Virus record (IMG/VR): IMGVR_UViG_3300001598_000005 | Coordinates: 361 to 64,360 of that record | Source: a virus | Direction: 5' to 3' (one strand) | DNA length: 64,000 bases | In this document: positions 56,501 to 64,000 of the stretch, in pieces | Numbering within the stretch: position 1 is the stretch's first letter | How the letters are laid out: each line of letters opens with the position of its first letter | Notes under the pieces: model-generated | Database searches by the model: none | Seen by the model: the letters and a program-made list of their open reading frames with translations, nothing else | What the model was told of the DNA's origin: nothing | Position numbers and translations under genes: made by a program

Positions 56501-59500
56501 ATATGCCTACCAATGTTGTTCCTCCTGGAATCCGTGCGGAGCTCGAGAAGCTTGGAGTAAAGTTCGTTGCAACGAACAACAAGAACGAGCTGCTTGAAGG
56601 AGAGCATTCCGGTGACCGATATACCTGGTGGTATGGTAACAATGCAGAGAAGAACCGTGCCAAGAAATTCAAGGAGTCATCCAAGGAAGCTGGTATGAAG
56701 CTGTCTGACTGGATGAGGGAGAATGGACGTGAAGGGCAGCTTCCGGCCGAGATCGTAAACAGAGCAGATCGTCTGTTTGAGAAGAACAGCAGGAAGGTGA
56801 ATGAATTCGGCATTCAGGTGGAGAATGGTATTGTTACTGATGCAGACAATGCACTGAAATTCTCGATCACTACAGAGCGTGGTCTTGAGCAGTCTATTCT
56901 GCAGTTTGCAGACAGCAAGGAAGCCAACCGACTTGGATGGATGAAAGAGCAGGTAGCCGACATCGTAAAGGAGACATCAGATCTTATCGAATTCATCCAT
57001 AAGGGCATTGCAGGTGACGTCAATTATGATGATTTTGCAAAGAAGGATCCTACCGTACGCATCGACTGGCGTGATGGAGTGGAGAAGCCTGTCGTGACAT
57101 GGGTACGAAATAACGTAGAGTACAAGTACGACATGTCGGCAGATACGTTCTGTATCAACAACGAAGGACTCGAGACGGTGCTTGCCTCTCCTGTAATGGC
57201 TGATCTCATGGTGCATATGGCTGATTTCGGATATGTGCCTAACAAGGAAGGTAAGACCGGATTCGATTCTGATGACTATCTCAGGCTGTATGAGACGCTT
57301 CGTGATCTTGGATTTGTAGTACCATGTAAGGGTTGTTTCGATGCTGCCGCACGATTCAAGATGCTTCCTTCTACGTCGCAGAAGTTCGTGAAGCTCGTGA
57401 ATGAGACGATCGATGAGCGCAATAAGGATCCTGAAGCCTTTGACAGCAAGCTCAGAGAGTTAGGAAAGAAGAGCAAGGAGACAACCGTAAACGGTTTCCC
57501 TGCCGGTGCTGACAACAAGGAGCTTGCTGTAAAGATCGGTGTTGCTGGTGACAATCTCACTGAGCATATCGAGTGGACTCAGCTCATGTCTGCAGAAGGA
57601 CAGACTAAGGCCCTGAGTGATTGGGGTGGCATCTTCCGTGCATGGCAGAAGACTGGTGCTGGACGTCCTAAGGATAAGCTCATGCCTGAACCTTACACCG
57701 GACAGATCATGTCGACTGTAAGCACCATCATTGCACCAATGGGAGAGAAAACACCATCTTTCCGCGACTTGGATGTCAATGTAGGTACAGGACTGAGGCG
57801 TAACTCTCACTCTGAGTTCCGTCCGGTGCTTGCCATCGACGAGATACAATTCCTTCGTGATGCATGGCTGAAGAAGCTGTGTGTGTTCAAGTACATGAAG
57901 GAGCTTGATGATGTCAGGCTGTTCGGAAACATGGGCATCAAGTTCAATATGTCGGCATTTGCTGCATTCCATCCGGATGGCAGGGCTGCAGGATTGGACG
58001 CTAATGGTGACTATGCATTCGCTGAAGAGTCGGTAGGCGGCAGGGAGTACGAATATGTCGGTGAGGATGGAAAGACTCACTACGATGGAAAGAAGGGATT
58101 CGAGGAGGCTAAGAAGCACATCAACAAGGACTGTTCTCTGTCATCGGTGGCATTCTCTATTCCACACCTGATCAAGCTTTTGACCGATGTACCTACACCA
58201 TCAGACAAGAGTGGTACTTTCGGATCTATCATCCCATTCCATGCATCAGGAGCTACGACTCATGCGCTTAGGACGCAGGGCCTTGGCGTTGCCCGTGCCA
58301 ACGGTGAGCAGGGACATCCATTCATGGTTGAGGCTATGACTGACTACGATAAGGGCGTGACCTGTTTCGAGCAGGTGCAGAATGACCGTTTCGGTGATGG
58401 ATGGAGAGTTCTTGCAGGAAAGAGGAAGGGTACAGATGTCAATTATGGACATAAGATAGAGTTTGCCAATGGCACTATCTATCGCAATGACAAGCTTGGT
58501 ATCACTTATTATGCATCAGTAATCACATACGAGAAGAACGGAGGAAAGAAAGGTAAGTATAAAGGCGTCAAAGGACCATTCTATACACTCGACTCTGAGA
58601 AAGAAAAGGTTGCTCACCCATTGAATGTGGACTATAACGACAAAGTGCGTGAGCTTGGTGGCAAGTATGCATACAAGGAAGCTGCCGACTTCTATGTAGA
58701 CGAGCTTCGCAAGCGTGGGTTCCTTCCACGTTTCGACTTCGACGTTCCTGAGGATTTATTCTTGAAGATGTGCTCGGATGCAAATGTAGATCCTAACCAT
58801 CCTAAGCTTGGATGGAAGGGAGAAGGGAACAGTTGGAGCCCATGCGACGCAGAGTCTTATTATTCTGTGTTCTGCGACTATGGCATGACGGATCCTGCAA
58901 CCGGTGAGCTGTCTCAGCATCGACCTGTATTGGACGGTCAGACAGCACCTGACGCATTCGAGAAGGCCCTTCCGGAGAATTACATTGAGGTGATTCAGGA
59001 CGGAATTAGAAGATACAGCAATCGCATGGCAAAAGAAGATGCACGCATCAATGAAGCCATCGTAGAATATTGCAAGCGAAGCATCGAGGCAGGGAAGATG
59101 TCTAAGCAGGTTGCTGAGGATATTCTTGACCGTCATGGCATCAAGATGTCTATCACTCCGGATGTGACCAGGACAGAAAGCTTCAAGCAATGGTTCGGTG
59201 ATTGGGAGCAGGATCCTGAGAATGCATCTAAGGTAGTGGATGAGGATGGTAAGCCAATGGTTGTCTATCATGGTACAGACAACTATGGATTCACTGTGTT
59301 CAATACGGCAAGTGATTGGAACAAGGACAATATCGGTTCTCATTTCGGTCCTTCAGACGTTGCAGAAGGGTTTACGTCATTCGACGATTACTATGCTGTA
59401 TATCTCGACATAAAGAAGCCTTGGGAAACTTTCGACTTCTTTGCTGATGTAAATCATAATGCATACGTCGAGGCTTTGATGGATCTGATGAACGAGATAG

Positions 59501-62500
59501 GCACAGAGGAGGCAAGGAAGATGTTCGCTGAAGGGATAAAGAAAATCTTCCCATCCATTGCCAGCCTGAATGTTGATCGTTACTCTTTCTCTTCGCTGAA
59601 AAGATTTATTGACGATGAGCAGGAAGAGGCAGAAAACAAGCTTCACACCAATTCTGAAGGAAAGATAATAAATGACGCGTATGACAAACAGCGAATGGGG
59701 CTTGTTTTCCTGATCCGCGACATGATGAAGCTCGGTGGATACGATGGCATCAAGTACGAGAATTGGTATGAAGGTAAAGACAATCCTGTATGCTGGATTG
59801 CTCTTGAACCTAACCAGGTCAAGTCTGCTGAGACTGAAGGTGACATGGCCAACAACGGTGACTTCGATCGTAACAATCCGGATATTAGATTTTCTATTAG
59901 TGGCTCAAATAGCAGGTCTCGAGATCTGTCCTATCAGACAGAGATGTACAACAAAGGCCGTATCTCTGAGAACAATTGGCTCGAATTCATCTATCGTTTC
60001 AATGGCATGTATCGTCGCATGACGAGTGATGCTGTTTCGTATGCTTACAACAAATATGTTGGTGCTTATAATAGCAGGATCGACAGCGGTGAGATCGATG
60101 GTGAAAAGATGGCAGTCTATTCTAATGAAACATTCGGCAAGGCCAACTATCAAGCACCATTGTACATACCGATGGACACAGAGGAGGGTAGGCAGTATTA
60201 TCAGGATCTGTGGAATGAGATGAGGCCTATTCTTGACGATTATGTAAATGAGGTAAATAAGATGGTCAAGAATAACTCTTGGTACAGACTTTCAGCTGCT
60301 TTGATGCCAAGGATTATCCAGATGAAGGAGCGTGTAGAGTATGACCGTTGGTTCTATGAGCAGATGGCCAATGGCAATGACGTCTATAAGAACGGGCGCG
60401 GTGCCATGGGTCCTTTCTTCCACAGGCAGTCTGACTATGATCTCGATGAGAGTCAGATGACAGACGAGCATGTAGATGAGGTAGTGAAGGATCTATCTGA
60501 AAGGCTTAACACGAAAGTATCTGTCCGTCACACCATCGACGAGGTGAAAAATCCATATGCACGCAAGGAGATCGAGCGTAATGTATTCTCCAAGCTCAAT
60601 GGCAAGTCTGGAGGCTATGCCAAGGCATGGTTTGATCCTGAAACCGGAGAGATAGAGGTATATTCTCCCTATGCAGAGAATGTAGATGATCTTACAAGAT
60701 CGGTGATGCATGAGGTGGTAGGCCATAAGGGATTGCGCGACATACTTGCAGGAAACGAGCAGGAATATCGCAATGCTATGATGGATATCTATGAGCTACT
60801 GCCAACAAGCCAGCGCAGGCGTGTGATTGAATATGCTGAAAAGAACGGATACGACATAGCCACTGCTACAGATGAGTGCCTGGCAGATGCTGCCATGGTC
60901 GAGTCAACACCAGCATGGTGGCAGCGTGTTGCATCAGTATTCCGCAACCTGCTTCGTAAGGTCGGCATTAATGTCAGTCTTTCTGAAACTGATATCAAGT
61001 ACATGCTGTGGAGGTCGAGAAAGACTCTTGAGAATGCCGGAAAGGATGGATTCGTTGACATGGCAGAAGAGTCTCTGATGCGCTGGCAGAACGGTATTGG
61101 CCGTGAGCGCAAGCAGGCACCTTTGTACGAGACATATACGCCTGCTTTCCGTTTCATCGGAGAGAAAGGTGCTATGGCCCATGAGGGGATGAACGACATG
61201 CTCGAATGTGCCAAGGATGTGGAGAAACTGTTCACACCAGAACAACTGAAGAGCCTCACAGGATGGGAGAGAGGAGCTGACGGTAAGTGGCGTTATGAAA
61301 TCGTGGATGACTTTGATAAGGCAGGATGGCTTAATCCTATGCCAATGATCGAGACGCTTGAAAAAGAAATCGAGGATTTGAATGCGCAGTTAAATAAAAG
61401 TTCATCAAAGATCAAGTCAGTACGTCTTGCCATGCAGATCGACAATACCAGACGTACGATCGAAGATATCAGGAAAAAGTCAGGTAACATTCCTATGACT
61501 ACCGTGATCGGAGAGAAAAATCCGCTGTTTGAAGAATATCCGCAGCTCAGTGATATGTCTGTTGAGTTTAACATTACCGAAAACGGAAAGGTCGTAGGCG
61601 AGTTCTATGCTGAGAGAAATAAGTTGGTAATCAACGTAAGGTCACTTGACAATATCCTGAAGTCGAAAAACGTAGATGACATTGCTTCGATGCGCAGGAT
61701 GTGGGTATGCAGAGTGCTTGCACATGAGATACAGCATGCGATCCAGAGCATTGAAGGATTTGCCAGGGGAGGATCTCCGTCTTCAATTGAGAAAATGAAG
61801 AAGGATGCTATTGACCGTGTCGGTGACGTAACGGTAAAGAGCATGCTGTCTGTACTTACCCCGTCTGATCTTTCGCTGATGAGCAACCAGTCTATCAAAG
61901 ATACCTATTCAATCTTTGACGAATGGATGAAGGATTTAGATGTCAATGATTCAGATCCAATGACGAAAGCAATGGTTTCGCTTCTGACCAAACAGAGCTA
62001 CATGGCATCAAATGGTGACATGAAGTATCTCGATGAATGGAACGATGCAATGGAAAAGGCATTGCGGTTCTCACAGAAATGGTCAGGATCTAATGTTGAG
62101 CTCTATCGCAGGCTTATGGGAGAGGTAGAAGCGAGGGTTACCCAGGAAAGCTACGGCATGACATCGGAACAGCGTGCGCAGTCTACGTCTGAATCTCGTG
62201 AGGATGTACGAAGGGGGTTGCAGATCAACTATAATGGTGCTACAGCAGAGAGCAGGTTCAGCATCACTCCTGATGATCGTGAGCGCAGGCGTCTTGAGGC
62301 TGAGGTGCGTGATGCAAACAGAGAGGTTGACCGACTGAAGCGTGAGGTGCAACGCCTGAAGGGATCTCGTGAGAAACTCGATGAGGTGCGTGCTAAGGCA
62401 AGCGAGATAGTCAATCAATTGCTTACTCCAGAAGCCGGTCAGGTGATGACGTCAACGCAGATCCATACCATCATCAATACGATCAATTCGGCTACCAACG

Positions 62501-64000
62501 CATCTGATATAGACAAGGCATTGAGCAATGTGATTTCTACTATCAACAGGAGCCAGCTAAAGGCAGAGATGATCCGCATGGAACACTACCTGAACACTAA
62601 GACACAGAGCTTGAATAAGCGTGGACAGGCAAAGGGTGTGTTTGTAGATAGCATGACAGCCAAGATCCTTGAGTCTGTGAGAGGTACTTTCAAGCAGCTT
62701 GTTGTCACAAATATTGATGCTCAGCTGAAGGAGACCAGGGGTAAGATCAACAAGCTCGGAAGCGAGATTGCTTCTCTCCGCGAGTCTGGAAATACAGCCC
62801 GTGCTGACGAGCTGCAGGCTGAGCAGGATGCTCTGAAGCAGGAACGTGACAATCTCAATGAGGTTAGACGATCGTTTATAGAAAGCAACATTGAAGAAAC
62901 GATAGAAAATCTTGTTCAGGCCAATGAGGCACTTGATCAGCAGATCAATGATCTTATTGCTGAAGGCAAGGAGGTACCAGAAGATCTCATTCAGGAAAAG
63001 ACTGCATTGCCACTTCGCATCAAGCTTGCACAGATGAGGGCAATGCTTAACGAACTGAACAGGTTGGACGGTGAGCGTGTGAAGAATTATCAGAAAGCTG
63101 GTCTGTCAACCGACTGGCAGGAGCGAGCACGACTCTATGAGGAGAGTGATCGAAATGGAGCTGATGCAGAACTTGCAAGGCGTAATCTCATCCATATGGT
63201 ACGAGATATTGCCGATGAGCTTAAAGATCTACTTGACGAAGGAAGAAGCAAGCGATCTGAGATGATCAAGAATGAGATTGAGCATCGTAAGAAGATCATC
63301 AGCATGGGTATTGATGCTGTTAAGAAAAATCCTGCATGGGATCCTAATATTCCAGTATCAGAAAAAGAGAAGAGCAGGCAGAAATCCGACAGATTCATTA
63401 ATTCTCTGAATGCTACTGCTCTAAGCTTCAATCACATGCTAAAGAAGATAGATGTAAATCATCCTGGTGGCGAAGGTCCTCTATATGATTACTTCATGAG
63501 GGGAGAGCATGGAGCAGTGGCATCGAATAACATGCACGAAGATGGAATGTTAGAATTCGGTCGCAGGGTAGATGAAAAAGCAATTGAGATCTTCGGAAAG
63601 ACATTGAAGGATGTAATGAAGGAATGCAGGGATGTTGATGATTCTGTAAACATACCTATCGTGCGTACTGAGACATCTAATTCTGGCAGTAAGGGTGATA
63701 TTATTTATACACACTTATCAAAAGGTCAGGCATTGTATATCTGGCTCACTTGGAGACAGGATGCAGGACGTGTTAAGCTTCAGCGTCAGGGTTTCAATGA
63801 ATTGAGCATGGATGCAATAGAGGGATTCATTGGAGAGGATATGATCAAGTTCGGAGAGTGGGCATCTGATGAGTTCCTTGTAGAACTTCGTGAAGACAAG
63901 TACAGTCCTACGCATGAAAGGGTGTTTGGAGCACCTCTTCATAAGGCAACGCATTATTTCCCGATTAAGATCTTCGGTGGTTCGATAGCAGATAAGGATG
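50503..64000 (+). CDS. Giant polyvalent internal virion protein (>4499 aa, 3'-truncated; absent from the ORF track)
   Basis: ATG 50503; frame open at every point spot-checked up to the window end. GHEMTH (~55423), FKQWFGDW..SKVVDEDGKPMVVYHGT (~59180, ART-PolyVal-like), MHEVVGH (~60707), TGWERGADGKWRYE (~61258, LPD23-like), AHEIQHAIQ (~61720). Confidence 0.85.
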   Translation, partial: MAIDYLANRRKLYDALAGRFGDLGTFDEFNQKIDDPAKREKLYNAISGSFGDVGDYDSFNAKLGNVVNATDVAGDQASAAQQQVSQMTGTENANTLNTYQPMAGPGGTEQDRQSVQQAQQSTANTGTQQNVGGIPMVGQWPQVQHDFIKEFHDMYALEKEQLEANAEAGMPLSYSEYNDRVNDLSYADNFMQFVVDPDSMTDEEYAAEYAKTNGHAYGMLWGDKVSPATVSINGKGITFEQESELRSLLQGALATYENGDANSYIEAMYKYMERANELLGEGGADKYNAYLQREQANAMEKDVDRKIAEYEKEYEKAEAKKIYLTTKSSLFNYGMVVSYTQCNSGEKVKFDLAKTMMEEAKHHIKEYKLEQENLKGQSEFEQKYLPSATAFWRGVRDKLLDISTWDFGFSDAREFSMLLSAVNKADKDEELTPGETAILDAAATRLAVQVGMELNGSYRSGEVTAEMVPFMIEIAINPLSAVGETVASKVARWGIKKGMGKISRKILSGSARVLTDALVTGPAMSVTTGAFKTMSSIEQREIGNIQFNVDDNGRFYYDGTDGREDATEAVIKGIASQSIEYQSEMVGEYFKPLSRMVGKYAVRAPLYNVLGEEYYKNMYRLMTGVGDGAFTTVVRNTRKTLSTVRDKSKVSGWVGETAEEIVGGLENSMLGTTDQNMIEGDDAVLSWNNISETGLMMLPSQVMFALLPIGMGGVSYGYDRAKAYHREITTNSRASSLLGRDRWAEIKIRVNEAKAEDLIGLVKEITADESMSNRQKVAIAQYVIAMQYRRGADMAKNLARAHSLNEMVYGNSRDLGYNMQDPSDVSDYCVLNYADEQALRNSGIADVDAWIRQIIANPAAAMEKMYRNAKDYNGNVLITDEQLRASENYARSRAVINGAQERISAESLEKRSEFEENVKASTHDDGQLHPVKLRDGSIAYVKRGKIFGNPDGTVDMTNSDAVVPAMIEGKERMVSVKEIATVQMLQDPKFAIEGNNKALEQANKTSWESIANGNVDTSVGADVTLQMSDGSFESFKVVGPGNNPGEFAVESSDGQVFVVTDQIIQMSAQNARMSRVQEMIDKRDGKKAPAVDQQQQAPVDDVQQEDEQQQQQTQMREDPRKSLTWEDEDGNTHTGKGMNDGTGWIITDDATGNVVTIDPDYDVRPYTPQQANAQTENVAAEPAAQEEDLSQPVTFDKDGNPKWSEMSTKRAAKYLASESGLELNDALDFVQKKVEEAKKGKEKWDGKTAEMGTDLAKYQKEKQKIEANRQMYDSMITYWQGVLDGVKEIQQEEYQRMQKSAARDASTAAHQRRSRMTNSRRIADIESMGLSSDSPSNAEEAVLWRIATGNLKLTTESIMSEKGSNHSVRSERWQDKVRTEEKGGMSIQRVAEDIADSSNGLIDEQDARNAINDLISLTREQAIERLEKISGVWAADEQSGQAALDQALAERDRLNRDREMRNRLQETLSNYEVPVMYGDAVENGKIFVIDAYEQGSYVGSRVAYGFRSNAEAEQAYRDSFGDNAVITSVLENPENIERWAMSPNRDSMPFSNFVYGSQEQNADGFLAPEEEAPFSVTEAPPVGSSAEWQDRIKMLEEIYGVNVKFQGGFNAGENGFYDAKSRTIVVSKDIPANRALGWVIGHEMTHHMKSVGGLYGKYAQSVMDYYGADAFFSEVAFRVKLYKEHNKELSMNDAIEEVCADFGGNLLRDGKLVDKFAARQDMNFIQKLYADLMDTINKARKIITEGGLSEMDKAIISMEKFLESSAEAKNEANTISENTDSSFNNDNSQSEGVNNGDVIKYSIVDDSNATAYDRQVMQEIADGNTRTVYRGMQMVEIDGNRYALPPMASKVNGEWVLGIEIREDGTLEPLLLKADEHPELAKNGKFYLDKGNDKGLWASYNPYWHVGQGMLNDQFAEAQDRSNLITVEGIIPISELTSGYKAEKAKDGVGAHEWKAGIIQGQLSGTREVILSRYFQGMRVVPDAEVAKNIFDQINGHVDYMPTNVVPPGIRAELEKLGVKFVATNNKNELLEGEHSGDRYTWWYGNNAEKNRAKKFKESSKEAGMKLSDWMRENGREGQLPAEIVNRADRLFEKNSRKVNEFGIQVENGIVTDADNALKFSITTERGLEQSILQFADSKEANRLGWMKEQVADIVKETSDLIEFIHKGIAGDVNYDDFAKKDPTVRIDWRDGVEKPVVTWVRNNVEYKYDMSADTFCINNEGLETVLASPVMADLMVHMADFGYVPNKEGKTGFDSDDYLRLYETLRDLGFVVPCKGCFDAAARFKMLPSTSQKFVKLVNETIDERNKDPEAFDSKLRELGKKSKETTVNGFPAGADNKELAVKIGVAGDNLTEHIEWTQLMSAEGQTKALSDWGGIFRAWQKTGAGRPKDKLMPEPYTGQIMSTVSTIIAPMGEKTPSFRDLDVNVGTGLRRNSHSEFRPVLAIDEIQFLRDAWLKKLCVFKYMKELDDVRLFGNMGIKFNMSAFAAFHPDGRAAGLDANGDYAFAEESVGGREYEYVGEDGKTHYDGKKGFEEAKKHINKDCSLSSVAFSIPHLIKLLTDVPTPSDKSGTFGSIIPFHASGATTHALRTQGLGVARANGEQGHPFMVEAMTDYDKGVTCFEQVQNDRFGDGWRVLAGKRKGTDVNYGHKIEFANGTIYRNDKLGITYYASVITYEKNGGKKGKYKGVKGPFYTLDSEKEKVAHPLNVDYNDKVRELGGKYAYKEAADFYVDELRKRGFLPRFDFDVPEDLFLKMCSDANVDPNHPKLGWKGEGNSWSPCDAESYYSVFCDYGMTDPATGELSQHRPVLDGQTAPDAFEKALPENYIEVIQDGIRRYSNRMAKEDARINEAIVEYCKRSIEAGKMSKQVAEDILDRHGIKMSITPDVTRTESFKQWFGDWEQDPENASKVVDEDGKPMVVYHGTDNYGFTVFNTASDWNKDNIGSHFGPSDVAEGFTSFDDYYAVYLDIKKPWETFDFFADVNHNAYVEALMDLMNEIGTEEARKMFAEGIKKIFPSIASLNVDRYSFSSLKRFIDDEQEEAENKLHTNSEGKIINDAYDKQRMGLVFLIRDMMKLGGYDGIKYENWYEGKDNPVCWIALEPNQVKSAETEGDMANNGDFDRNNPDIRFSISGSNSRSRDLSYQTEMYNKGRISENNWLEFIYRFNGMYRRMTSDAVSYAYNKYVGAYNSRIDSGEIDGEKMAVYSNETFGKANYQAPLYIPMDTEEGRQYYQDLWNEMRPILDDYVNEVNKMVKNNSWYRLSAALMPRIIQMKERVEYDRWFYEQMANGNDVYKNGRGAMGPFFHRQSDYDLDESQMTDEHVDEVVKDLSERLNTKVSVRHTIDEVKNPYARKEIERNVFSKLNGKSGGYAKAWFDPETGEIEVYSPYAENVDDLTRSVMHEVVGHKGLRDILAGNEQEYRNAMMDIYELLPTSQRRRVIEYAEKNGYDIATATDECLADAAMVESTPAWWQRVASVFRNLLRKVGINVSLSETDIKYMLWRSRKTLENAGKDGFVDMAEESLMRWQNGIGRERKQAPLYETYTPAFRFIGEKGAMAHEGMNDMLECAKDVEKLFTPEQLKSLTGWERGADGKWRYEIVDDFDKAGWLNPMPMIETLEKEIEDLNAQLNKSSSKIKSVRLAMQIDNTRRTIEDIRKKSGNIPMTTVIGEKNPLFEEYPQLSDMSVEFNITENGKVVGEFYAERNKLVINVRSLDNILKSKNVDDIASMRRMWVCRVLAHEIQHAIQSIEGFARGGSPSSIEKMKKDAIDRVGDVTVKSMLSVLTPSDLSLMSNQSIKDTYSIFDEWMKDLDVNDSDPMTKAMVSLLTKQSYMASNGDMKYLDEWNDAMEKALRFSQKWSGSNVELYRRLMGEVEARVTQESYGMTSEQRAQSTSESREDVRRGLQINYNGATAESRFSITPDDRERRRLEAEVRDANREVDRLKREVQRLKGSREKLDEVRAKASEIVNQLLTPEAGQVMTSTQIHTIINTINSATNASDIDKALSNVISTINRSQLKAEMIRMEHYLNTKTQSLNKRGQAKGVFVDSMTAKILESVRGTFKQLVVTNIDAQLKETRGKINKLGSEIASLRESGNTARADELQAEQDALKQERDNLNEVRRSFIESNIEETIENLVQANEALDQQINDLIAEGKEVPEDLIQEKTALPLRIKLAQMRAMLNELNRLDGERVKNYQKAGLSTDWQERARLYEESDRNGADAELARRNLIHMVRDIADELKDLLDEGRSKRSEMIKNEIEHRKKIISMGIDAVKKNPAWDPNIPVSEKEKSRQKSDRFINSLNATALSFNHMLKKIDVNHPGGEGPLYDYFMRGEHGAVASNNMHEDGMLEFGRRVDEKAIEIFGKTLKDVMKECRDVDDSVNIPIVRTETSNSGSKGDIIYTHLSKGQALYIWLTWRQDAGRVKLQRQGFNELSMDAIEGFIGEDMIKFGEWASDEFLVELREDKYSPTHERVFGAPLHKATHYFPIKIFGGSIADKD

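Noticed and set aside
50540-63954. Many short ORFs listed across the right end
   Set aside because: All lie within or opposite the single giant frame starting at 50503

Overview
This window is almost the whole genome of a temperate, podovirus-like Bacteroidales (Prevotella/Bacteroides-type) phage in its excised form. Host assignment rests on TTTG-N20-TAnnTTTG promoters and on gene content. An intact attP lies next to the integrase, and a >4,499-codon virion gene runs off the right edge while what looks like its C-terminus occupies 3-1331. Modules present: P22-like portal, terminase, scaffold and capsid; tail nozzle and fibres; lysis genes; an early/replication operon on the minus strand; cI switch; tyrosine integrase; ejection proteins; and a giant polyvalent protein. 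The strongest candidate for an undescribed system is at 34944-37153. There a C5 cytosine methyltransferase with no evident internal target-recognition domain (TRD) is flanked by seven separately encoded 50-70 aa TRD-like mini-genes. Six of them carry a poly-G tract that sets their reading frame, and only one of those six is currently in frame, which suggests a combinatorial, phase-variable methylation-specificity switchboard. Other notable items: three tRNA-scaffold RNAs whose anticodon arm is replaced by a long hairpin; a DGR with an FADN reverse transcriptase and an adenine-depleted template repeat; a six-copy late-promoter motif with exact 24-nt spacing; a rhomboid protease beside a capsid protein with an N-terminal membrane segment; and a 1,388-aa PTP plus EEP dual-phosphatase protein. 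All family assignments come from motif recognition by eye, not database searches.
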